From: Geosiphon pyriformis uo1
Taxonomy: Eukaryota > Fungi > Glomeromycota
DNA length: 64,000 bases
NCBI GenBank assembly: GCA_016748015.1
Contig: JAAOMT010000512.1
Coordinates: 294,238-358,237 of the forward strand
Reading direction: 5' to 3'
Positions 40,635 through 54,862 of the stretch are shown piece by piece. Position 1 is the first letter of the stretch. Each line of letters starts with the position of its first letter. The position numbers and the translations under genes were made by a program. The notes beneath the pieces were generated by a model. That model was not told the DNA's origin and searched no databases. It saw only the letters and a program-made list of their open reading frames with translations.

Positions 40635-41836
40635 AATATTCTAATTAACTAATTAATATTATGTAAATAATTTAAATTTAATTAAAATTTCTGTTAAATA
40701 TAATATTAAATAGTATTTTTTATATTTAATTAATAATAAAAATAATGTTTTAACAAATTAAATTAAATGATTTTTTAAATAAATACAATTTTTTATAGTT
40801 AATAATAATTAAAAATTAATTTTTAAAATCATAATTATTTAAAAAATAAATTTTATATTTGTTTTTAAATTAATTAAAGCTTTTAAAGTATTTAAAAAAA
40901 AATTTAATTATTACTTAATATAATATAATAACTAAATATTTAAAATTAAATATAATTTATAATTACTTAAATTAATTAAAACTATATTATAGATTTATTT
41001 TAATAATAAAAAATATCTAATTATTATTATATATTAAATTAAACTTATTTATATTGGTTTTATGTTTAGCTTTATATAATTAAATATTATTATAATAACT
41101 AATTATTAAATTACAAAAAAAATTAAACAAAATAAAAATCTTATCTTTAATAATATTAAAATATAAAAAAGCTTTATTAAATTATTTTTAAAAACTATAT
41201 AAAAATCAATATTTATAATATTTTTATTAACTAAAATTTAAGATATTATTTAACATAAAATTATTAATTAACATATATTATTATTTCAATTTATTATTTA
41301 TTATTTTATTAAATTATTTAAATTATTTTTTAATTAATAATTTAATTTATATAGAACAAATATAACCAAATTGTAATGATCAAATTATATAATATATTAA
41401 ATTATATAACATCTAAAATTTGCCAAAATATTTAAAAATTCAATAAAAATATCTAGTAATTTACTAAAATAATCTATAGTTTACAGAAATAACTTGTAAT
41501 TCAATAAAATATATTTTTAATTTGTTAAAATATTAGAAAAAAAGTATTAAATTATATAATAATATTATAACAAGTTATATAAAATAAAAGTTTCTTTTTT
41601 TAATAAAATATATTGTAATTAGAATTAATATTTTTCTTATTATTTTCTATACAAATCAATTCTAAATAAAAACTTACTTTAAAAAACATAAAAATTTTTT
41701 ACTGTTCTTGTTATAAAATTAACTATTTTATATTAATATTTTGAAATTGATTAGCTACTAATTTTAGTAATTATTAGTAACTTCCAAATCTAAATTCGAA
41801 ATAATTTTCTTAACATATTTTTTTTTTTTTTTCTTT

Positions 41837-41869
<33 letters not shown>

Positions 41870-41895
41870 TTTTTATTTTAAATTTTTTTTTAAAA

Positions 41896-41915
41896 NNNNN
41901 NNNNNNNNNNNNNNN
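41896..41915. other. Assembly gap (20 N) inside the T-rich tract of an LTR
   Basis: Run of N flanked by long T homopolymers. Confidence 0.99.
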
Positions 41916-42275
41916 TTTTTTTTTTTTTTTTTTAGTTTTTTTTTTTTTTTTTATATTATTGAATAATTTACAGTCGAAATTTTCTGTAAAAAAGTTAATT
42001 TTTACAGCAAAGTAACTATACATATTTTGAAAAGCTTACAAATAAAATTTTTTAGTAAAAAAGTTGATTTTTATTGCAAAATAACTATACAAATAATTAG
42101 AATAAAATTGGCTAATCTATTATAAATCTAATAATATATACAGTTTAAAATATAGAAAAATATTTTGGAAAGAAAATTAACTTATTAAAAGTTTACTAAC
42201 TTCTATTAATGGCAAAATTAACAGCAAAATAACATTAATAGTATTAAAAAAAAGATAAAAAAACTTCTGGTAATA

Positions 42276-42290
42276 TTTGGTGTTCTTTTA
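42276..42290 (+). promoter_or_regulatory. Primer-binding site relic of Gypsy family 1
   Basis: TT-TGGTGTTC... immediately after the 5' LTR end. TGG is complementary to tRNA CCA. The tRNA cannot be identified because of decay. Confidence 0.6.
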
Positions 42291-44655
42291 GAAATAATAC
42301 AGCAACAATTAAATTAAAGTAATAATCATATTAGACATAATAATTTTAGAGTACTATTAGTTAATTTACACTCATTGTAAACAATAATTTAAAATTTAAA
42401 ATAAAATTACAGTTTTTAAGAAAACTTTTTCTAATACATTAAAAGCCAAATCAATAAATATTTTTTTAAAAATTACAATATTATCAAGTTTTACAATAAA
42501 AAATACTTTGTTAATTCATAATTTATTTTTAAATTTAAATTAAAACTTAAAACAAGCAATAAAAGCAAACAAAAAAACACTTAACCAGTTTACATAATTT
42601 ACAATACACTAAAGATAACAATTAAACAATTATATATACTTAAACAAAAAATAAATATTAAACTACTAATTTTAATTACATTTTTTTTAGTTTTGTTTAC
42701 TTAAGTACAAACACCAAATTCACTACTTAATCAATTTTTAGACCAAAAAACTTTACCAAAAGTTCAACTTAGCAGTCAAAACTAATTTATATTAATCTTT
42801 TTAATTATTTAACAAAAAACTAAAATGAATATTTAGATACATTAACTAATAAAGAAAACATTTCTAAACTAATTAAAAAATAAAAAAAATAAAATAATGA
42901 AAAAAAACTACAAACAATAAAAAAAAACAACAACAAAAAAATAGCCACTTTATATATTGCAAAAATTTTTGAATTTTCTAGAAAAGATATTAAAACCAGT
43001 TTTTAAAAATAACTTGACCAAATTATTAAAGCAAAAAATATAAATAAATAAAATACAGTAAGAATATTAAGAACAATTCTTTATTTTCTTAAAAAAACTG
43101 TCAGTAAATAATTTAAAAATTTGGCCACTTTTTTTGCAGATTGAACAGTTTTTAAAATGGCTTTTTTTAAACAGTTACAAACAATAATACTTCAATTACT
43201 CTTCAAAATTATTTTTAAAACATTAAACAAAAACCATTTCAGTTTTTTATAACTTATATTAAAAAGTTTAACAAATTTTTTAAAAGAATTTGACAATTGA
43301 AAACTAATGCTTACTATTCAAATGTTCAAGTTTTGGATTAATTTATTACTGATTTAAAGAATAAATTAATTAAAAAAGTTTGTTTATATGCTTTAGCAGA
43401 TTTAATTACTGTTATTTAACATACTAAAAACTATGAAATAGCTATAAAAAAAGCAAACTGCACAAAACTTGTTAACTTAACAATTGGAAAAACCAATTTA
43501 ACAACAAAAAAAAATTAATTAACTTGTTAAGAAAATTGAAACATAATTTGCTAATCAACAGCAGAAATACTAATTATTACAATAATAAAACCAAAAAAAC
43601 TTTTTATTATCTAACAACTAATCTCAACAATTAAACTGTTATTATTGTAAAATTTCTGAATATTGGAAATATAATTGCTAAAAATACAAAAAAACCAATA
43701 AAAACAAAATAATCAATGTTATTTTTTTTAGTAACAGTAATTATATTACTTATTATTATCTGTTTTTTATTTATTAAGATCTTAAATTAACTATTATCAG
43801 TCTGTTTTATTATGACAACTATATTATTAACTTTTAGTTTAAAATTATTAACTATTAACAAGAAAATTGGTTTAATTAATTTATATTACAAAACTGTTTT
43901 TAATTAAATAACAAATTTAGTTCCAATAATTAATTAGTACTTTATAATAATAATCAATAGCCATCCAAATATTTTCATATTTAACCAAGCTATCTTGTAA
44001 TGCCAGAAAACCAGAATTTTTATCATACTGTACTCTTAAAAAATAGAACTACAACACAATAATAAAACTTTTTTTTAATTATATTATACTTTTATTAGCA
44101 AAAATTGCCAAAAATATTAATATTTTAGACATTTTTCCATTCGAGTTTGAAGCCAATAAATTATTTTTATACTCAAAAATATAGCAGTTTCCAAACAAAA
44201 AACAATTATTATAATGTATATTAAAACCAAAGTTAAAAAAATTTATTTAATTAATCTTAAATAATAGATTTGCTAAAAGTATTATTACTTATTAATTAAT
44301 ACAACAACTCAAAAAAAATGTGGACCAACTAGCTCAAACAGTAATTGTTATAGCTAATAAAATAAAAAACCATCTGTAAAAAAAAGCAATAATTTTTCTT
44401 TTACAATTAATAGAATTATTATTTCAGTTAAAGTTTTTGTTATGAATGTATTTCAATATTAAATTTTTATTAAAAACAATTGGCTCTTCAAAACCAATGC
44501 AAATTTCGATTAAAAAATCCAAAAACTAAAATTTTTTTACCAAAAACAATACACTTAAGTATTAGCTATTTGTAATACTTTTAACAAATGATCTGAAAAA
44601 GCCCCAGTTTTTGAATTTAAAAATAAAAAAAAACCAATTATCAAAACTTATATAA

Positions 44656-45563
44656 TGTTATTAGAGGTTTTGGTTTTTTTTTGAATATTGTTAATATTAT
44701 TTTACTGCTAATTTCTAATTATTAGAAGCTGTTAAATTTCTAATAACTGAATTTATTTTCAAAATATTTTCTATTATTTAAATTTCTGGGCTTATAAGTA
44801 AAATGACCAATTCTGTGCCAATTATTTATATAGTTACTTTATGATAAAAGTTAACTTTTTTGTAAAAAATACTTATTTAGAAGCTTATTAAAATATGTAG
44901 TTATTTTGCTGTAAAAGTTAATTTTTCTATAAAAATCTCATCTATAAGCTATCTTAATTATTATAATAAGAAAAAAAAATTTGTCAGAGAAATCATTTTT
45001 TGTTTAAACTTGAAGTTATTAATAGATTATTGAAATTAGTAGCTAATTAATTTTAAAATATTAATTAAAATTCAAAGAATTTTAAGAGAAATAATTATTA
45101 ATTTTTGGTGTTTTTAATATATTTTTTATTTGGAATAATTTGTATAGATATTAAAAAAAATAATTTTAGTAAAGATAATTCTAGCTAAGATATATTTTTT
45201 TAAAGAAAAAAACTCTTCTTTTATATAATTTGTTGTAGTATTAGTTTATTAACTTGTACTTTTATTTTATTAAACTAATAATATATTTTGGTTATTTTTA
45301 CAAACTGTTTAATATTTCTGTAAGTTATTAATTATTTTTGCAAATTTTGGCAAATTTTTGAATGTTATATAGTTTGAAAAATTGCATAATTTAATTATTG
45401 TATTTGTATATTGTATAAATTAGATTATTAATTAGATAATAATATTTAATAATTTAATTAAATAGTAAGTAATAATTAAAATAATAATAATATATGATAA
45501 TTAATAATAAAAATTATAAAAATAATTTTATGTTAATTACTAATTAAAATTTTATTGATAACA
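44656..45563 (-). mobile_element. Solo LTR, family 1 (908 bp), inserted antisense in pol of the 41222 element
   Basis: TGTTATTAG...TTGATAACA termini. Perfect 4-bp TSD ATAA at 44652-44655 and 45564-45567. Confidence 0.92.
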
Positions 45564-46439
45564 ATAACACTTAACTTTTAATCTAATTGAATTAAAAAAA
45601 CAAAACAACTTTTTGAAACTTTAAAACCACAATTATTATTATTATAATCTGAAAAATATAATTAATAAGTTATATTAATATTAATAAATAAATCAGTTAA
45701 CAATTAATATGTTTTATATTTAAAACCAAAACCACAAAAACAATTATCTTACAAAAAACTTTCATTTATAAAAGCTTATATATTATTAAAAAAAAATACA
45801 AAACTCATATCTGTTACTACTATAAAATCTGTCACTAAAAATAATTTGAAAGCCCAAAATAAAACAGAAAATAAAACAATACATTCTGTTTTACATACAG
45901 AAAATTGTTATTAAAAAATATAACTGAATTAATATTGTAATAAAAAAAAAGTCTGTAATTAAATCTGTTAATATGCACTTTTTATCTTTAAAAAAATAAA
46001 TCAAAAAACACTATTTACTATTGCTTATAATAGTACACTTAACAAACTCTATTACTATTCATACAATACTGAAATAATTTATAATAGTTTTTATTAATAA
46101 AAAAATCTAAAAAGACATTTATCAAATAAAAAAAGCTAAATATATTAAATACATTATAGAATTAGCCAAATTTAACTATAAAGATAAAGTTAAACTTTAC
46201 TATTTAATTTTTAGTTATGTTTATTTTTTTAAAGAAACCCAAATTTAATAATTTGAATAAATGAACATTTAATTATATAAAAAATATATTATGTTCTATG
46301 CTAATATATAGTGTCTTAAACATTATGTTTTTAATATATTATTACCTATAAAAAATAGTCAAAAAGAAATTAAATTTAGAGAAAATAAAAAAAAAATCTC
46401 AATTATTTCTATTTACTTTACTAAAAACCAATTTACTTT

Positions 46440-46875
46440 ATTACTTAAATATTTTAACAATAATAGGCAAGAAATTAAACCAAAAAAAGTCTACAAAATT
46501 AATACAAAATATAATTTTTAATATTTAGACAAAAATACTCTTATTTTACAGCCAAAATTACTTACAAAAATTTATTTTAAAATTGTTTAAAAATTTATTA
46601 AAAACAATAATATAAATTGCTTTCTAATTATTATTGGCAAGCAAAAAAATTAATATTAAAGAAGAAATTATTGATATAGAATTTACTAAAAACATTATAA
46701 TAATACTCCAAAATTAAACTAAAAAACTTTTTACAATCAAATATGCTGAAAAAATTGCCCAAGCTATTTACTTACTTTTAATTAACATTTCGAATTTGCA
46801 ATCAATTAAAAATCAAGAAAAACTTGATAAAAATAAAAAAAAATTCAAAATTTTGGTTTAATTAAACAATTTACT
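46440..46875 (+). pseudogene. dUTPase domain relic within Gypsy pol (between protease and RT)
   Basis: Relic motifs EEIIDIEFTKNI (GGIIDxxYxG-like), EKIAQAIYLLL (motif 4) and IQNFGLIKQF (GFGSTG-like) occur in dUTPase order. Confidence 0.7.
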
Positions 46876-47570
46876 ATTCCAATAAACATAATTCTTAACA
46901 TATAAAACAAATCTTATCAAATTATTAAATAATCTAAAATATACATCTGTCTAATATTTATTAGCATTCAACAAATTTTTGAATCAAATAAACAAATTTG
47001 CAAATCATATAAAATTTTTATCTTAAATATTTATTTGCTAAAAAAAATTAAAAAATTTAACATTATATTTTACAATCTTAATAACTATTTTATTATATTA
47101 TATAATTATCTAAAAATTAGAATTATTCACAATAATATTATCCAACAAGAAGTACTCCAAATAGTTATAAATTTTACAAAAATAATTGGACATTTTTTTT
47201 CAAAATTCAATTTAATCTTTAGTACCAAAAATTATTATGTTGTTATTAAAAAATTATTTTAAATCAACATAAAACAATTAAAACCATAATAACAAAAACA
47301 ACTCAAAAAATTATTTACAGAACATGCAAACATATTTTTTAAAAATAATAATGATTTAAAAAAAACTGATTTGGTTCAACACCAAATCTATATAAGTAAT
47401 AATAAATTAAAATAACAATAAACTTATTAAGTTGTCTTAAAAAGCAATTAATTTATTTAAAAAAGCACAATAAATGTTCAACAATAAACTTATTTAATTA
47501 TTAATAAGTCTATAAGTTTTTTCAATAATCTTGTTAAAAAAATAAAAAAATCTATTTTTGTGTTAACTAT

Positions 47571-50500
47571 TATAATATAAATAATCAAAAAGAGAATTAT
47601 AATAAAAAAACAAATCAAATAAGTAAGAATTCAATATGCATAATTGATTTTATAAAAATTACAATTATAAATTTTTTTTGAGAATTTGAAAGTAAAAAAA
47701 TAGTTTGTAATTGTTAAAAAAATAATAATACTACTATTATTTTATGTCTTACTTCAGCAATTTTTAAAATTAATAACAAATATTATTGTACTTTTTAATT
47801 GTTTTTTTATTTAATAAATTATAAAAGCAACCAATTGTTTTTCAGGCTAATTTTAACAATACAAATTAAAAAAAATAAAAAATAAAATATGTAAATACAA
47901 ACAAATAATTTTTTATTCCAAGATATTTAGATATTTAAAGATAAAAAATAAAAATAAATAATATAAAAAAAAGTAATTGCTAATAGATTTTATTTTGTTA
48001 CTTTGATTATGTTTTTTTATAATTAAAAAATTCATCATTTATATAGTTATTAAAAGTAATTAACAATTAAGTTAGCAATTAAGTTAATAATCAGATTATT
48101 AATTAAGTTAATAGTTAAGTTAATAATTAAGTCAATAATTATTATCTAAAAATAAAATGGCTAATTATATAATATTAATGACTAATATATGTAATAACTA
48201 ATAAAAACCATGAGTTTTAATTATAACATTATTTTCTCTAAGAAAATTAAATTTCAACAAAATTAAACAATTTATAAGATATTCTAATTAAAAAGTTTAG
48301 TTTAGTTTAAAACTAATTAATTTGGTAGTTTTTTGTAAATAAAATGTATAATACCTAAGATAAAATAAGTTTTATGTTCAAGAAACTAAATTTTTGTATA
48401 AGAGTTTTGGTTTTTTTAGTAATAATTAAAACTCTGAAAATATTTAGTTATATAATGCTTAAAATTTTCATTTGTATCTTAGAAATTGTTTTTTTTATAA
48501 GTTTTATGTCTTCTATAATTTTATTAAGTCGACCATAAAACTCTAGTTGTTTTTTATATAACAAGTTTTTGTTTAAAGACAAGATTTCTTTAATTGTTTT
48601 TCTAAGTATATTGAAAGATAATAGTATAGTTGTTATTATGCTTTTAAGCATATATTTATTTATCTTTCTACTAATTTTTTCTCTTTTGGTAGTGGTTTTT
48701 TTGGTTTAATAATAATATATATTTTATTGTTATTAGTTATAATAGTTTGTTTTCTAATAATTAAAGTAGTGTTTAGATAATTTTTAGTTCAATACTTATA
48801 GAGAGTATAAAAAACATTTTAAATGTTTTAATTTAAGAAATAATTGTTTATATTAATTGAAAATACTTCTGTTTTAAAAATAGTATATTTATTTATATTT
48901 AATTTTTGTTAATTGTTTAAGCTGATATTATTACAACAAATAACCAATCAAATTATTTGTAATATTTTTTAAGTTGCATACTATGAACAAAACAATTATT
49001 AAAAATTATTTAATATTAATCTTGTAAATATAAAAATTATTGTACAAAACTTTATTGATTAAAAAAAGTTTTTTTTATTGGCTAAAAAATTTATTACTAT
49101 AAATATTGCTTTTATTTAAGCAATATTCTAAAATTAAGTTACCAATACTTAAAAAAAATGTTTTATAGGTTTTTTTTTCTTAAGCTTTTCTTGGAATTGC
49201 TTTATTTTTTCAAAAACAATTATTCATGCTTTTATTAATGAGTTAAAAATAGTATTAAGTATTTTTTGCAAAATATCTTTATAATTTCCTATAATAATTT
49301 TTTCAAAAAGTATTGTTTCAATATTGGTTTCTATTGGTAAAGTTGTTATTTATTTATAAAATAGATAAAAAGATTCATAACTTGTTATGTTATAATTTAT
49401 AGTTTTATAAGCAAACAAGACTAAAGGCAGCATTTTATTTCATAAATTTGTTTTTTTATTGGTTTTGGCTAAAATTTCATATAATATTCTATTGAAATGT
49501 TTCTAGGCTATTTGTTTAAGAGTAATACAAAAAAAGTTTATAATATATTTCTATTTTTTTACAAAGTTTTTTAATTAGTATATTGAGAAAAGCTTTTTTT
49601 CTATTAAATAAAAGTTTTTTGGGACAATTATGACAACAAATAATATCTTCATATATGAAATTGGCTATTAAGACTACTGTTTGGTTTGAAATAGCTTTTG
49701 TTTTTACTTACTTTGTAATATAATTAGTGATTGTAATAATATATCTGTTTTTATTAGGAATTATTATTAAAAATTCAACAATATTTATACCAATTCTGTC
49801 AAATAGTTGGCTAACAAAGATTGAATAAATTTTTTTTTGCAATTGGATTTTTTTTCTTTGGCAAATATTACAAGTTTTGATGTAATTAGCAATATCTTTT
49901 TTTAAAGTAAATTAATAATAGCAAGCTAAAGTTTTTTAAATTATTTTTGTTTTTTTAAAGTATTTAACTAATAGATTAGTGTTTATATTGTTGATCATAC
50001 TTTTTTTTTTAAAATCTAATAACTCTTTAAAGATGATCAGAATTTTTTTATATAGTTGATTCTGGCAAATTAAATAAAAATTTGATTGTTTTTGCAAATA
50101 TTCTCTTTATTGTCAAATATAATTTAATAAGTATTGCTTTTTACTTAAAAATTTTATTAAGACAAAGTAGTTGTCCAAATTTATTATTGTGTTTGGTTAA
50201 AAAAAAGTTATTAATAATTAGATTAGTTTGGTTTAGAAAAATTGTACTATTATTAAATAGTAAATCTAAAAAAAGTATTAGTGTTTTAATAATAAACTTT
50301 TTTGCAATATTATATATTATAGTCAAATTCATCTAAGTAAAATATCCAGCAAGTTATTTTTTGTATTCTAATTTCTTTTTGTTGTGCAGCCAAATTAAAG
50401 CTTAGTAATCTGTTACTACCAAAAACTTTATACCAAGAAAATACTTATTTTGGTAACTGGTAAACCATATTACTATTAAGTATTTTTGTTTTGTAATTAA

Positions 50501-52050
50501 GTAATTCTGTTCTGTTGAGAAAAAAAATCTGCTAGCATAAGTTATAACATGCTTTTTACTATTTTTGTTTTTTTAAAATAGAATAATATCAAGTCTAAAG
50601 CCAGATATATTAATATAAAAAATAAAAAATTAAGCCAAATTAAGTTGCTTAAAAATAGGTTTTGTGATCAGTTTTTTTTTTAAGATCTTAAATGCTTTTT
50701 GTTAATATGTACTCCAATAATAATTGACATTTTTTTTGAGTAGCTAATTAAGAAAAAAAACAATTTTTGACAAAATTTTGACAAAATTTTGATAATAGAA
50801 AGCCAAACCAAAAAAAAACATAGTTTATAAATGTTCATTAGTTGTTTAATGTTCTAAACTTTTTTAATCTTAGCTAGATTAGAAAAAATTCTATTTTTTA
50901 TAATAAAATAACCAAAAAACTGTGAATTATTGTTTAAAAAAAATTTAATTAGATTGATCTTAAGATTAGTATTTTTAAAGAGATTAAAAACCTTTTGTAA
51001 ATATTTAAGATATTTATTTTAGGTTTTTAAGTATACTATTATATCATCCAAATAAATTAGAGCAATGTTTTTTTTAATTGATTCAAATACTTTGTTTATT
51101 AAACATTGAAAAATAAAAGAAGCATTAATAAGACCAAAAGACATAATTATGAATTTATAAGTACTATATTTGATAATAAAAGCAGTTTTTTTTCTGCTTT
51201 TTGGATCTATTTTTACTTGTCAAAATCTAGCAGTTAAATTAATAGTTAAAAAAAAAGTGGTGCTATTAAATTGATCTAATATTGAATTAATTTTGGGAAG
51301 TAAATACATATTTTTTTTTGTAATAATATTTAATTAATAATAATCAATACAAAAGAGTAGAGTTTTATTTTTTTTGAATATTATTATTACAACTAAAAAA
51401 ACCCATTTACTCTTGATTTCTTGTATGAATCCAAAATTTTTTATCTGGTTTATTTTTTTCTTGATAAATTTATTATTGTAACAGTTAGACTAATAAAACT
51501 TTAAATAAATAAAATGAGTTTTTCTGATAATAATAGCATATTGTATTACATAAATTTGTTTTAGAATATTATCTTCTTTTAAAATAACTGGTTGTTTTTA
51601 GCCAACAGATTTTTAATGTTTATTTTCTTTCTTTTGAAAAAAATTCTTTTTGTTTTATTATTATTAATTGGATTTTTGGTGGTTTATTTCAAAAAACTTT
51701 TGTATTTTTTTTATTTTTTATAAAGTATCAAGCTAATTGGTTTTTAATTTTTATAATAAATTAAGCAAAATATGTATTTATTATTAAAAAAATGCAATAG
51801 TTTGTTACATTAACATTAGACACAAAAACTATGTTATTAATAACTGTATTTTGTTTTTTTACAAGGCTTTTTATCAAAGGTTTTTTTAAAGATATTATAG
51901 TAAAACCAACAAATTATTTTGTTATTTACAATAATTTTTTTTATTAGCTTTAATATTGTCTAATAGCTTGTTATTGCTGATAAAAATAATATAAGTAAGT
52001 TTAATAGTTTTTTTTTGTTTTTTTTTCATTTTTATTATTATTACTCTTTT
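47571..52050 (-). mobile_element. Hypermutated Gypsy family 3 (RT-RNase H-integrase, post-IN ORF relic, candidate 3' LTR ~47571-48228)
   Basis: RT: FCIDYY*LN..YLLPKI..KTAFIIKY..MSFGLINA..IYLDDII (YLDD ~51045). Integrase: NRYIITITNYITK..NFIYEDIICCHNCP (~49620-49750). LTR-like terminus TGTTATAA at 48228 and 12-bp repeats at ~48057-48140. Boundaries approximate. Confidence 0.8.
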
Positions 52051-52169
52051 TATTATTTAATTTATTTAATTGTTTTTTTTTGGTTTTGCTTGGATTTTGA
52101 AAAAGTTGTTTAATAATAATAGTTAATTATAATAAATTTTTTATCATATCTAATAATTAATTTGCATAA

Positions 52170-53144
52170 TGTTATTTAAGTAGAAAAGCCAATCCAAAAG
52201 TTATTAAAAAAACATGATTAAAATGTAATAACATAAAAAAAATATAATAATACAAAATAACACATAATAATACATAATAATTCAAAATAATATAAAATAA
52301 TACACAATAATATAAAATAACTAATTATAATATAAAAAAACAAAGCAACAACAGAAATAGTAAGCAATAACTAATAATAACAAATAATTAAAAACAATCT
52401 TATAAAACTAGAAAATATGTATAAAAATAAGTAGTTTAACAGATAAAAAAAGACAAATAAAAGATAAGAACTTATTTTCAAAAAACATATCTTAGTTTTA
52501 AAAACTTAATAAATCTTTTTTATCTTATTTTCTCTATATTCTTTTATTTATAATTAAATAAAAATATTGTTTAATTTACTTGTACATGATTTTCGAATTT
52601 GTGTTGTCAAAATCAAATTAATTGTATTTGTTATTCTTGTTTCAAGTCAAATGCTTTTAGCATAAACAGTTTTAGAATTCTAATAACTTGGACTAATTAT
52701 TTTTGATTATAATAATTAATGATATTAATTTATTTATTTTTTTTCTATTTTTTTTTTTCTGGTGGAGTAATAATATTAAAAAAAATAACTGTTTGATAAT
52801 AGACTTTGTAATAGCTTAATAAAAAAAAAGCTCTTTTTAAGTTTAAATATTAATTTTATCTTGTTAGTTTACCAAAAAAGCAAAAAAACAATACCAAATT
52901 CTAATGACTGTACTTAATTAGTTTGGAGAAAATAACTTATATATACCTAATTACAAATAGTTAAATTATATTTCTGTGCTTTATAGCTAAAAACTCCACA
53001 GATAAATTTACATCAATTAAAAATCTTCAAAGTCTAATAACTTTAATTTGTTATTCACACAAACAAAAAAAATCTTCAAGCTTTCTTACTTAAATATAGA
53101 ACATCAAATACTATTATTATATTCTATCTAGTTTATTTATAACA
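52170..53144 (+). mobile_element. Solo LTR, family 2 (975 bp)
   Basis: TGTTATTT...TTATAACA termini. Flanks ATAA/ACAA are a 4-bp TSD with one C->T change. Homologous to 17746-19108. Confidence 0.8.
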
Positions 53145-54862
53145 ACAATTAAAAATAAATTAACAATAGCAAAAGTGCAAATTATTAAGAATTTTTTTGC
53201 AAAAATAAATAGTGTTAAAAAAATTTTTATTCTCTTAAAATTTAAAAAAATTATTAGATCTATTTTTATTTTTAAAAAAAAACATAGAAAAAGCCATATT
53301 ATTAGTTAATGAAATTAGTATAGTAGTAAACAACAATCTCAAGAAACAAAGTTTTTATTTAGATTAAACTGTGATAATTAAAAAAATTGCTATAAATATG
53401 CCAAAAAAAATAATTGTTATTGCAGTAATCAAATATAATCAGATAGTATTAATTCAATTGCAATTAATTGAGTTGTAACAAAAGGCTATAATAAAATTTA
53501 CCAAATTCAGTTAAACAGATTAATTGGCTTTTAAATAGTTGTTTTTAATTAAAAAAAATTCAATATATATAACTAAAGCTATAAGAAATTGCAATATTTA
53601 AATGTTAAAAAATCAATTTAAAACATTTTTGTTTATTTTGTCTATAGAAATAAATATTTATAATTTAGTCTAATAAATTAATTATTTAAAATTAACAATA
53701 AAGTTTATTATGTTATAATTAATTTTAAATTAAAAAAGTTAGTCTTTTCTATAGAGCCAATTTTTAGTAACATAAAACTTTTTTGGACTAAGCTAAATTT
53801 GGTTTATTATAAAAAATATAAGCATTTTGAATATTTTGCTTTAAAATATAATATACCAAGTATATTTGCTTTTTTGTTTTTAAAGATATATAAAAAATTT
53901 ATATCAAATATAAATTATTTCTAATTAGCCAAGTTGTATACCAAGAAAAGTATTTTTATTTCATGTTTTGTTGGCTTTAATAACAAATTATAGACTTAAA
54001 TGATCTTATTGACTTCTATTTTTAATAATATTTACTCTGGTTTTAGTTTTGAATTTTTTTTCTGAAGTTCTATGTTATAGTAAAATTTTTTTGCTTTATA
54101 AGATAGTTTGTTTATTAATATTTATTTGGTTTTTTTAAAGTATTTTTTAAAATTTTTGGCTGATTAAGTTTTTGTTATTATATAATAACTAAGTAGTATA
54201 AATTTGATATTTTTGATTTTTGCTTCTTAATCTTTTTTTTGATTGTTTTTGTACTTTTAATTTTATGTGTAAATTTAAATATAATTTTGGATAATTTGTA
54301 GATATTATTTTTTTTACTCAATAGCAACAACTAAAATTTTGGATTTGAATTTGAATAGGTTTAAGATGTTAACTATTAAAGTAAGTGGCTTAAAATTAAA
54401 GATAGTAGCTTTTAAAATTTCTGTTAATTCAATTTTAGCAAAGTTAAATTAATTATGTACTAATTTGAATTTATTGGTACATTTTTTATTTTAGTAACTG
54501 ATTATGTATAGAAGTTTGTTACATATAATATTAGAAAATTAACAATTTAATTAAACAAAAAAATATTATTAGATAATATAAAAATTCTGGCAATTTGGTT
54601 TCTATATTTATTAAGACAAAATTAAAAAAGCTGGCCAGATCTTAAATTAAAAACAGATTTTCAGAATTGAAAGTTTTTGTTTCTGAATTGAATACTAATT
54701 ATTTAAATTTAAAAATAACTATAATAATAAATAATATACTTGTTTAATATATGTATAAAATTTTTAAGATTTTTAACTGTCTTTTTTTAATTTATTTATT
54801 GTTTGATAACAAGCTTTTAATAATAATTCTAGATTTATATGCTAGTATATTAACAAATATAT
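53145..54862 (+). mobile_element. LINE copy F relic (ORF1 and start of APE), interrupted by LINE E
   Basis: TIKNKLTIAKVQIIKNFFAKIN..KIIRSIF..VVNNNLKKQ. ORF1/ORF2 junction at ~54492. APE relic ends RLYASILTNI at 54862. Confidence 0.8.

Larger units (their letters stand above)
41222..47570 (+). mobile_element. Hypermutated Gypsy family 1 element: 5' LTR (~41222-42275), PBS, gag, protease, dUTPase, start of RT; truncated
   Basis: LTR end CTGGTAATA followed by TTTGGTG. Gag relic at ~42970-43230 (RILRTILYFLKKT..). Knuckle CYYCKISEYWKYNC at ~43637. Protease relic LILNNRFAKSIIT (from LILDSG) at ~44250. [15 protein letters not shown] at ~47345 matches 63500-63570. Confidence 0.85.

Noticed and set aside
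41821-42023. Poly-Lys ORF / long poly-T
   Set aside because: Low-quality homopolymer around an assembly gap.
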